24,000 nt of DNA from Thomasclavelia spiroformis DSM 1552 (lineage in GTDB: Bacteria; Bacillota_I; Bacilli_A; Erysipelotrichales; Coprobacillaceae). Each line of letters begins with the position of its first letter. Within the stretch, counting starts at the first letter, position 1. The notes under the pieces are model-generated. The model searched no databases. It was given only the letters and a program-made list of their open reading frames with translations, and was not told the origin of the DNA. The position numbers were made by a program, and so were the translations under genes. Positions 7,921 through 15,645 of the stretch are shown one piece after another. The stretch spans positions 2,095,596 through 2,119,595 of the forward strand of contig NZ_CP102275.1 of NCBI RefSeq assembly GCF_025149465.1. The letters are read 5' to 3'.

Positions 7921-8838
7921 TTACATGATTCCTATTAAATGTGCTCCAATACCTACTATGAATAATGCGATGATTATTATGATTGGTGACACTTTTTTCT
8001 TTAATAGCCAGCAGCATAGTAATGTTAATAATAATGCTGCAAGCCCTGGAATTAACTGATCCAAGTTTTGTTGTAATGTTGTTACTTTTACTTCATCCAA
8101 TGCTGAAGCTCCCAATTGACTGTATGTTGTCAATGCTGACTTGATCCCTTCTGCTCCTGATGGCAGATTTGACCAGTCAATGAATGCTCCTGCTGATTGT
8201 GTTACTTCTGATACTGTTGGTGTAAATGAAATACTTACCCAGCGTTGTACCAGTGATCCGATTATGAACATCCCTAATAGTGATGCCCCTTGTGTGATCT
8301 TTCCTAATAGCCCTCCTGATAAGTCTTTCGCTATTGATGTTCCTACTTTGTATCCGAATTCTTGTGTATACCAGATGAATGCCATTCTGATTATGTTCCA
8401 TGCAAAGAAGAATAGTAATGGCCCCACGATATTTCCGCTTAATGCAAGTGATGCTCCTAAGGCACCTAATATCGGTCTTAATGTAAACCAGAATACTGGA
8501 TCCCCTACTCCGGCTAATGGCCCCATCATTCCGACCTTAACCCCTTGGATTGCCTGGTCGTTGATTTCTGCTCCATTTGCTCTTTCTTCTTCCAACGCTA
8601 ATGTTACACCCATTACTGGTGCTGATACATATGGATGTGTATTATAGAATTCCATATGTCTCTTTAATGCTTCTATTTGATCCTCTTTATTTGGATATAG
8701 TCTTTTGATGGCTGGTATTATTGAATAACACCATCCTCCGTTTTGCATACGTTCATAGTTCCATGAACCTTGAAGGAACTGATGACGCCATGCAACAGAC
8801 ATACGATCTTTTTTTGTTAACTTATATTTTTCTGCCAT
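7921..8838 (-). CDS. PTS mannose/fructose/sorbose family EIID
   Basis: MAEKYKLTKKDRMSVAWRHQFLQGSWNYERMQNGGWCYSIIPAIKRLYPNKEDQIEALKRHMEFYNTHPYVSAPVMGVTLALEEERANG is characteristic of EIID. Confidence 0.96.
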   Translation of the reverse strand: MAEKYKLTKKDRMSVAWRHQFLQGSWNYERMQNGGWCYSIIPAIKRLYPNKEDQIEALKRHMEFYNTHPYVSAPVMGVTLALEEERANGAEINDQAIQGVKVGMMGPLAGVGDPVFWFTLRPILGALGASLALSGNIVGPLLFFFAWNIIRMAFIWYTQEFGYKVGTSIAKDLSGGLLGKITQGASLLGMFIIGSLVQRWVSISFTPTVSEVTQSAGAFIDWSNLPSGAEGIKSALTTYSQLGASALDEVKVTTLQQNLDQLIPGLAALLLTLLCCWLLKKKVSPIIIIIALFIVGIGAHLIGIM

Positions 8839-8860
8839 GTTTATTTTTCTCCCTTCAAGA

Positions 8861-9679
8861 TTAATAATCGTTTAAGATATCTCCTAATGGGTCTCCAGAA
8901 CCTCCGGCTCCGTTTCCTCCATTAGATCCGCCATTTTCTTTTAATCCTAAATAGATTAATGCTAATGCGATTCCAATTGCCCCTAGTGCAATTAATGTTA
9001 ATTCTCCAATTGCTGCTAGTACGAACCCTAGTGCAAAGAATGGCCATGTTTCTTTTGTTGACATCATGTTGATTACCATTGCGTAACCTACTGCTGCTAC
9101 CATTCCCCCACCGATTGTCATACCGTCTGCTAACCATGATGGCATTTGATTCAATGCCCCTGTTACTGCTGATGCTGGTACGAAGCAAAGTGCAGCTGCT
9201 GGGATTGCGATTCTGACACCTTGTAATAAGATCGCTAAGATTTGCCACATTTCCATTGATCTCATGTTTCCTTTTTCTGCTGCTGCATCCATGAAGTGTA
9301 CCATTGGAATTGCAATTGTACGGCAGATCATTGTTAAGAATAATCCAGCTACTGAAAGTGGAATTGCTACTGCAATTGATGTTGAAATAGCAGTTTGCAC
9401 ATCAGTGCTTCCTCCTTCTAATCCTAACACCATGATGATTGCTGATGCTACTGATGCAAGTGCAGCATCAGGTGCAATTGCAGCACCTACGTTTGCCCAT
9501 CCAAGTGCAATCATCTGTAGCGAACCTCCTAGAATGATTCCTTCTGTTGCATGTCCGCTTACGATACCTATTAAGGTACATGCCACTAGTGGTTGATGGA
9601 ACTGGAATTCATCTAATACCCCTTCCATACCTGCTAGCAGGGCAACTATAATAATTAATATTACTGTTATGATTGACAT
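8861..9679 (-). CDS. PTS mannose/fructose/sorbose family EIIC
   Basis: Highly hydrophobic; MSIITVILIIIVALLAGMEGVLDEFQFHQPLVACTLIGIVSGHATEGIILGGSLQMIALGWANVGAAIAPD. AGGAGG RBS. Confidence 0.96.
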   Translation of the reverse strand: MSIITVILIIIVALLAGMEGVLDEFQFHQPLVACTLIGIVSGHATEGIILGGSLQMIALGWANVGAAIAPDAALASVASAIIMVLGLEGGSTDVQTAISTSIAVAIPLSVAGLFLTMICRTIAIPMVHFMDAAAEKGNMRSMEMWQILAILLQGVRIAIPAAALCFVPASAVTGALNQMPSWLADGMTIGGGMVAAVGYAMVINMMSTKETWPFFALGFVLAAIGELTLIALGAIGIALALIYLGLKENGGSNGGNGAGGSGDPLGDILNDY

Positions 9680-9691
9680 TATAATTTCCTC

Positions 9692-10678
9692 CTAAGCATT
9701 TCCTAATTCGGCTTTTGCCTTTTTAAGAAGATTATCGATATTTTCTTTTGAATCACTTGGTACCTTGCGGATATCAAATTTGATTCCTTTCGATTTTATT
9801 TTCTCGATTGTTTTTACATCATCTTTATCCATTGCGATTGCTTTATTTACAACCACTTTTCCAATTGAATGCGCCATTGATCCGATGTTTAGTTCTTTGA
9901 TCTCTACTCCACCTTCGATTGCTTTCAATGCATCCTGTGGTGTTTCAAACAGCAGCATCGCTTTTGTATTTCCAAATCGTGGATCCTTAGCTACCTTGAT
10001 CATTTTATCAACTGGTACTACATTAGCTTTTACTCCTGGTGGCGCTGCCTGTTCGATCATTTTCTTACGAAGATCATCTCGTGCTACTGAATCTGATACT
10101 ACGATGATTCGATTTGGATTTGTTGTCTTTGTCCATGTTGTAGCTACCTGTCCATGAAGCAAACGTGTATCGATACGTGCAAGTACATATTTGATCTTTC
10201 CGTCTCCGATCACTGTTCCTTCCGGAATTGCTCCTTGAACTGCTGCTTTTGTAGCTGCTGGAGCTGCTTTTACCGGTTCCAGTTTTTCAGGTTTTACTTT
10301 TACACCTTCTCTTGCAACTTCTACGATATGTTTTGCAATTTCATGTGCAGTTTGCATTGATAGACGAGAAGCATAAGCTTCAATCAGCATTGGCAAGTTC
10401 AAACCAGTAACGATTGCCCATGTGTCTTCATGTCCGTCGATTAGTCCATTAGATTGATTAAAAGGTGTACCACCCCATAAATCAACTAAAAACAAGACCT
10501 GTTCCTGATTTTCGAATGTAGCAATTGCTTCTTCTATCTTTGCCTTTAAATCATCTGGTCCTTCGCTAGGCTGTAATGTTACAGCTTTTACATCCTGCTG
10601 TTCTCCAAAGATCATTGATCCGGATTGTAGGATTCCGTTTGCGAATTCTCCATGACTAGCAAGAATAATTCCTACCAT
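9692..10678 (-). CDS. PTS mannose family EIIAB (fused)
   Basis: IIA: MVGIILASHGEFANGILQSGSMIFGEQ (active His), LFLVDLWGGTPFNQS. IIB: VLARIDTRLLHGQVATTWTKTTNPNRIIVVSD (active His). GGGAGGAG RBS. Confidence 0.96.
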   Translation of the reverse strand: MVGIILASHGEFANGILQSGSMIFGEQQDVKAVTLQPSEGPDDLKAKIEEAIATFENQEQVLFLVDLWGGTPFNQSNGLIDGHEDTWAIVTGLNLPMLIEAYASRLSMQTAHEIAKHIVEVAREGVKVKPEKLEPVKAAPAATKAAVQGAIPEGTVIGDGKIKYVLARIDTRLLHGQVATTWTKTTNPNRIIVVSDSVARDDLRKKMIEQAAPPGVKANVVPVDKMIKVAKDPRFGNTKAMLLFETPQDALKAIEGGVEIKELNIGSMAHSIGKVVVNKAIAMDKDDVKTIEKIKSKGIKFDIRKVPSDSKENIDNLLKKAKAELGNA

Positions 10679-10801
10679 CTTTTTCTCCTCCCATTCTTTA
10701 GTCTTTGAAAGTTATAAGCATTTTTTATAGGAAATATTTATTTCTACAGTATTATTTATATACTTTATTTCCGTTAACTTTACTCATAACTATACTTTAA
10801 G

Positions 10802-10830
10802 TATATAAATATTTATCAATATTTTCAAGA
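10802..10830 (-). promoter_or_regulatory. putative promoter of the mannose PTS operon (TTGAAA-N17-TATACT)
   Basis: -35 TTGAAA (10825-10830), 17-bp spacer, -10 TATACT (10802-10807) on the minus strand. Confidence 0.55.
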
Positions 10831-10859
10831 ATTTTATATATACTGACCCCTTATAAGTT

Positions 10860-10881
10860 TTGTAATTTTATTTACAAATCT
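10860..10881. promoter_or_regulatory. operator-like palindrome TTTTGTAA-N6-TTACAAAT
   Basis: Near-perfect inverted repeat between the divergent mannose PTS operon and the PRD regulator. A second copy TTTGTAA-N6-TTACGAA is at 10909-10928. Confidence 0.65.
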
Positions 10882-10991
10882 TGTGAAATTTTAGAACATA
10901 AGAATATTTGTAAATTAAATTACGAAATTTCTAACTTTTCAAATTAATAATGTTCATTATAATATATACTAGGTAAATGGGAGGTATAAAA

Positions 10992-13019
10992 ATGTTAATA
11001 AGTGCACGAATGCTTGAAATAGTAAAACATTTGTATCAGTACAAAACAACTACATATAAAGAAATAGAACAATCTCTTGGTATTAAAGAAAGAAATGTTA
11101 GATATGATGTTGACCGTATTAATGAAATATTAGCAGAAAATGGGCTAGAGCAAATAGAAAGAAAAGGTAAGGGTGTTTTAGAAGTCCCTGCTAATTTTAA
11201 AACATATATCTTTGAAACTAATAACGAATTTGTTTATTCACAAGCAGAACGTTCTTCAATATTATTGTTGTATCTTTTCTTTAATAACAAAGAATTAAAA
11301 CTTAATAAAATTGCAAAGAAAATTCAAGTTTCTCGAAGTACAATTAAAAACGACTTTGATGAGATTGAGCAAATGTTATTAAAAAAGGGATTTGAAATTA
11401 AATATGATGATAATTTTATTATCAATGGTGATACAAGACATCGTATTCGCTTTATGGTAGGTGAAATAAAAAAATATATTTCATTAATTAAACATTCAAA
11501 ATATTTAAATAGTTTTCAAGAATATGTTTTAGAAATTTTAGAACAATCATTTAAGGGTGTTTCATTAAGTAAAATTATTACATCAATTGATGATATGCTT
11601 GAAGAAACAAATCGTACATTTACAGATGAAACATATAACTGGTATGTTGCAAATATTTTATGCATGATATGGCTTTTTGAAAAAGATGGAATACCTGCTT
11701 TTGATCTTGGCTTTTTAGAAAGAGATGATCAAAATATTGATAAATTTATATTCCGGTTAGAAACACTTTTAAATAAAGAAATCGATAAAAAAAATCGTAA
11801 TAAAATGATAAATTTCTTAAGTTATTTAAATTTATATGCAAAATCAGAAAATAGTTTAGATATGGTAAATGTTGAAGCAATAGTTACTAATTTTATTTCC
11901 GGAATGTCTTTAGAAATGGGAATTCCATTTCAAAATGATCCAATTTTAATCGAAGGGTTGTTCAATCACATTGTTCCACTTATTCAACGGATTAAATTAG
12001 GTGTAGTAGTTGATGAAAATGTTATTTCATTATTATCTACAAAGAATTTAGAAGTATATGAAATTGTATCTCGAGTTATAACAAAAATAGATATTTTAAA
12101 CAAAATTACAAATGAAAATGAGATTGCCTATCTAACAATTCATTTTATTGCTAGTCTAAAAAGAATCAATACCACTAATCGTAAAAAAGTATTACTCGTA
12201 TGTGGACATGGTTATGGCACAACAACTATGTTAAAAGAAACATTATTAACTGAATATCAAGTTGAAATAGTTGACACAATTCCAAAATATAAAATATCAA
12301 GTTATCAAAACTTTGATAATATCGATTTAGTTATTACAACTACAAAATTAGATGTTGGTATTGATTATTTAAAAGTAAATCCAATTTTAACAGAACTAGA
12401 TGATAGATGTTTGATTAATGCTGGAATAGCCAGAAGAACACCGTTATCAAATTATTATTCAATAAATAAATCTTTGGACTTTTTAACTGATGAAGATAGA
12501 TTAAGGGTATTAGATGTTATTAGGGAAGAACTTGGATATCGTGATTTATGTAAACCGAAGAAAATTGCTAAATTAAGTGATTTATTAAGTGAAAATGTTA
12601 TTAAAATCGTTGATGAAGAAATGACATGGGAAGAAGCCATTATACAAAGTTGTAGTATCATGGAAAATATCAATGCTATTAATAGAAACTATATGGAATC
12701 TATTTTTGATATAATTGAACAAAATGGTTTTTATTCAATTATTGATGGTTCATTTGCATTATTACATGGAAATTGTGATATTGGCGTGTATAAAACATCT
12801 ATGAGCATGATCATTAATAAGAAAAAGATAAAATTTGGAGAAAAAGAAGTTAATATAATTTTCTGTTTATCTAGTAAAGATCAAAAAGAACATATACCAG
12901 CGATTATTAATCTTATGAAATTAGAAAAAACTACAGATTTCATAAAGTATGTTTTAAAAGCCGATTCAAGTAAAGAAGCGTATGAAACATTAGTACAATA
13001 TGAAAGGAGAATTATATAA
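10992..13019 (+). CDS. PRD-domain, PTS-phosphorylated transcriptional regulator (HTH, PRD1, PRD2, EIIB-like, EIIA-like; MtlR/LicR type)
   Basis: N-terminal HTH (YKEIEQSLGIKERNVRYDVDRINEIL), second HTH (LNKIAKKIQVSRSTIKNDFDEIEQML), PRD2 (NHIVPLIQRIKLG...AYLTIHFIASLKR), EIIB P-loop VLLVCGHGYGTTTM, C-terminal EIIA-like region with FALLHG. ATG at 10992 preceded by GGGAGG is preferred over the tracked 10977. Confidence 0.9.
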   Translation: MLISARMLEIVKHLYQYKTTTYKEIEQSLGIKERNVRYDVDRINEILAENGLEQIERKGKGVLEVPANFKTYIFETNNEFVYSQAERSSILLLYLFFNNKELKLNKIAKKIQVSRSTIKNDFDEIEQMLLKKGFEIKYDDNFIINGDTRHRIRFMVGEIKKYISLIKHSKYLNSFQEYVLEILEQSFKGVSLSKIITSIDDMLEETNRTFTDETYNWYVANILCMIWLFEKDGIPAFDLGFLERDDQNIDKFIFRLETLLNKEIDKKNRNKMINFLSYLNLYAKSENSLDMVNVEAIVTNFISGMSLEMGIPFQNDPILIEGLFNHIVPLIQRIKLGVVVDENVISLLSTKNLEVYEIVSRVITKIDILNKITNENEIAYLTIHFIASLKRINTTNRKKVLLVCGHGYGTTTMLKETLLTEYQVEIVDTIPKYKISSYQNFDNIDLVITTTKLDVGIDYLKVNPILTELDDRCLINAGIARRTPLSNYYSINKSLDFLTDEDRLRVLDVIREELGYRDLCKPKKIAKLSDLLSENVIKIVDEEMTWEEAIIQSCSIMENINAINRNYMESIFDIIEQNGFYSIIDGSFALLHGNCDIGVYKTSMSMIINKKKIKFGEKEVNIIFCLSSKDQKEHIPAIINLMKLEKTTDFIKYVLKADSSKEAYETLVQYERRII

Positions 13020-13021
13020 TA

Positions 13022-13471
13022 ATGTATCTGGCAGATAAAGAATGCGTAGTATTTGATATCCCAGATACTACAAAAGATAACGTAATAAAAACTTTAATTA
13101 GTAAACTTGATAAAGTAGGATGTATCTCTAATGTCGAAGAATTTTATAAAAATGTTTTAGACAGAGAAGAAATTTGTGCTACAGCAATAGGAAACGAAAT
13201 GGGTTTACCTCACGGCAAAACTTCAAATGTATTAAGACCATCTATTTGTTTTGGTCGATTACTTAATCCAGTAATATGGAATGAAAAAACAGGCGAAAAG
13301 GTTAAATATGTTATATTGATAGCTGTTCCAGAAAAAAATTCATCTGATGTACATATGAAAATTATTTCTTCTTTAGCCCGTAAATTAATGCATACAGAGT
13401 ATCGAAATATATTACTAAACGGAACCCAAGAAGAAGTATTTGACTTTTTAAATGCAACAGTAGAAATATAA
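13022..13471 (+). CDS. PTS fructose family EIIA (PTS_EIIA_2)
   Basis: LDREEICATAIGNEMGLPHGKTSNVLRPSICFGRLLNPVIW with the conserved LPHG phosphorylation site; starts 2 nt after the regulator stop. Confidence 0.93.
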   Translation: MYLADKECVVFDIPDTTKDNVIKTLISKLDKVGCISNVEEFYKNVLDREEICATAIGNEMGLPHGKTSNVLRPSICFGRLLNPVIWNEKTGEKVKYVILIAVPEKNSSDVHMKIISSLARKLMHTEYRNILLNGTQEEVFDFLNATVEI

Positions 13472-13535
13472 ATTATATATAATGATTTGTTGTAGTATAA
13501 TACAGATATGTATACCATCTTAATGGAGGATGAAA

Positions 13536-14603
13536 ATGAAAAAAATACTAACAAATTTAAAACGTCATTTACTTACTGGTACATCTCATATGATTCCATT
13601 TATTGTAGCAGGAGGAATTTTATTTTCAATTTCAGTTATGTTAAATCCCGATGGGGCAACGGCCCCATCAGGAGATAGCAATACTTTTCTTTATGGCTTA
13701 TCACAGATTGGAAATGCAGGATTAACTTTATATATTCCAATTCTTGGTGGATATATTGCATATTCTATTGCTGATAGACCAGGATTAGCCCCTGGAATGT
13801 GTGGAGCATGGATTGCTAGAGATATTGGTGCCGGCTTTTTAGGCGGAATAGCTGCTGGCTTTATTGCTGGTTATATTGTCAACCAATTAAAAAAAATCAA
13901 ACTATCTACATCTTTAAAATCATTAGGTACAATTTTTTTATATCCATTGGTTGGCACCTTTTTAACAGGTGGCATTGTATTTTGGTTAATTGGAACACCA
14001 CTAAGTATGTTGATGAATGAACTAACAGAATGGTTAGCAGGCATGAGTGATGCTGGATTAATTCCTTTAGGTTCTATTTTAGGAACAATGACAGCATTTG
14101 ATATGGGAGGACCAATAAATAAAGTATCTACTTTATTTGCTCAAACCCAAGTAAATACTTTACCCTATTTAATGGGAGGAGTTGGTGTTGCAATTTGTAC
14201 GCCGCCACTTGGCATGGGACTAGCAACATTATTAGCACCAAAAAAATACAGTAACGAAGAAAAACAAGCAGGTAAAGCTGCAATTATAATGGGCTGTGTT
14301 GGAATTACAGAAGGAGCAATTCCTTTTGCTGCGAATGATCCAATAAGAGTTATTCCTTCTATTTGTGTTGGAGCAGCAATTGGAAATGTAATTGCATTTC
14401 TATCAGGTGTACTAAATCACGCCCCATGGGGTGGATTTATTGTATTGCCCGTAATAGAGGGACGATTAGGATATATTCTAGGTATCGTTATCGGTTCAAT
14501 TATTACTGCTATAATGGTAAATTTATTAAAAAAAGTAAATACAGATAAAACTGATTATAAAGATAATTTAGATGATATTGAATTAAATTTTGAAGAACTA
14601 TAA
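13536..14603 (+). CDS. PTS fructose family EIIC
   Basis: MKKILTNLKRHLLTGTSHMIPFIVAGGILFSISVMLN...MGCVGITEGAIPFAANDPIRVIPS. The ATG at 13536 fits GGAGG (13525-13529) better than the tracked 13530. Confidence 0.93.
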   Translation: MKKILTNLKRHLLTGTSHMIPFIVAGGILFSISVMLNPDGATAPSGDSNTFLYGLSQIGNAGLTLYIPILGGYIAYSIADRPGLAPGMCGAWIARDIGAGFLGGIAAGFIAGYIVNQLKKIKLSTSLKSLGTIFLYPLVGTFLTGGIVFWLIGTPLSMLMNELTEWLAGMSDAGLIPLGSILGTMTAFDMGGPINKVSTLFAQTQVNTLPYLMGGVGVAICTPPLGMGLATLLAPKKYSNEEKQAGKAAIIMGCVGITEGAIPFAANDPIRVIPSICVGAAIGNVIAFLSGVLNHAPWGGFIVLPVIEGRLGYILGIVIGSIITAIMVNLLKKVNTDKTDYKDNLDDIELNFEEL

Positions 14604-14626
14604 TACATTATAAAGGAGTGGAGAGA

Positions 14627-14932
14627 ATGAAAGTTGTTGGATGTACTGCATGTCCTTCAGGAGTAGCACATACATATATGGCTGCTGAAGCATTAATGTT
14701 ATCAGGAAAAAAATATGGTGTCGAAGTACACATGGAAACTCAAGGGGGGTGTGGGATTGAAAATAAATTAGATCCTAAAGATATCGAAGAAGCAGTTTGT
14801 GTTATTTTATCAAATGATATTAATATCGAAGGAGAAGATCGTTTTAAAGGAAAAAAGGTTCTCCGTATGGGAGTTTCTGATTTAATTGAAAAATCAGATG
14901 CAATTATTTCAAAAATCAAAAAAACATTTTAA
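14627..14932 (+). CDS. PTS fructose family EIIB
   Basis: MKVVGCTACPSGVAHTYMAAEALMLSGKKYGVEVHMETQGGCGIEN. Classic active-site Cys motif; AAAGGAG RBS. Confidence 0.95.
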   Translation: MKVVGCTACPSGVAHTYMAAEALMLSGKKYGVEVHMETQGGCGIENKLDPKDIEEAVCVILSNDINIEGEDRFKGKKVLRMGVSDLIEKSDAIISKIKKTF

Positions 14933-15056
14933 ATGGTTAATCATTTTTAGAAATATAATAAATATGTGTATCAAACATAAATTAGTGAATTTCTTTTCCA
15001 TCTATTACTGTTAAATTAAAATGCAAATATTCATTAATTATGATAATCTATCTCAT

Positions 15057-15090
15057 AAAGAGTTTGTTAAATCGAGCAAACTCTTTTTTT
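15057..15090 (+). terminator. intrinsic terminator for the regulator/fructose PTS operon
   Basis: AAAGAGTTTG (15057-15066)/CAAACTCTTT (15077-15086), 10-bp perfect arms plus T-run. Confidence 0.8.
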
Positions 15091-15602
15091 ATTGTTTTCT
15101 ATAATGTTTTTATATTCAGTAATTTAACTAAATCCAATTTTAATAATTATATAAGATTATTAATCCTTGTTTGATATCTATAACGAATTTAAATCAAACT
15201 CTTTCTAGCCTATTATTTCCTATTTCTTTATTTTTAGTTATTTAATATACAGTATTCCAATTTAAACTATGATGAATACTATCTTTTTAAAGATATCTAA
15301 TTAAATTTTTTTCATACAAAAAAAAACCTTTCATGACATGATTAAATTACTTATATCAATCTATCAAGAAAGAATAATATCATGTACGATGATATCACTT
15401 ATATTTTAAAATTAAGTCATGACAATGTACTATTCTGCATTAAAAAACTTTTTATCTTTCATAAGTTCTATATTAAAGATTATTAAAATATTAAACTTAA
15501 TTATGAGACACTTTAATGCTTAAAAATGTAGCAAATGACATATTATCTCTATATTTCTAAATTTATTTGATATTTAAATTAAAATTTCTATATATCGCAT
15601 AC

Positions 15603-15629
15603 AAAAACGGGATGATTTAATCATCCCGT
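15603..15629 (-). terminator. intrinsic terminator downstream of the 1859-aa GH92 gene
   Basis: ACGGGATGA (15607-15615)/TCATCCCGT (15621-15629) followed by TTTT(T) on the minus strand. Confidence 0.85.
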
Positions 15630-15645
15630 AAATTATATATGACTA

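Noticed and set aside
7868-8017. N-terminal extension of the 178-aa ORF (MLLAIKEKSVTNHNNHRII...)
   Set aside because: This extension overlaps the EIID 3' end and the terminator hairpin. The ATG at 7867 with its own AGGAG RBS gives the conserved DUF956 start.
8141-8647. 168-aa plus-strand ORF (and the minus ORF at 8177)
   Set aside because: Fully antisense/out-of-frame to the confident PTS EIID gene; length explained by codon usage of the real gene.
9264-10157. Plus-strand ORFs of 110 and 130 aa over the PTS EIIC/EIIAB genes (also minus 8922-9248 and plus 10154-10360)
   Set aside because: Overlap strongly supported PTS coding sequence; no homology-like features.
10977-10991. Upstream start (MGGIK) for the PRD regulator
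   Set aside because: It overlaps the GGGAGG Shine-Dalgarno; the ATG at 10992 is properly spaced.
13210-13554. 114-aa minus-strand ORF and other minus ORFs at 12455
   Set aside because: Antisense to the IIA and regulator genes; no support.
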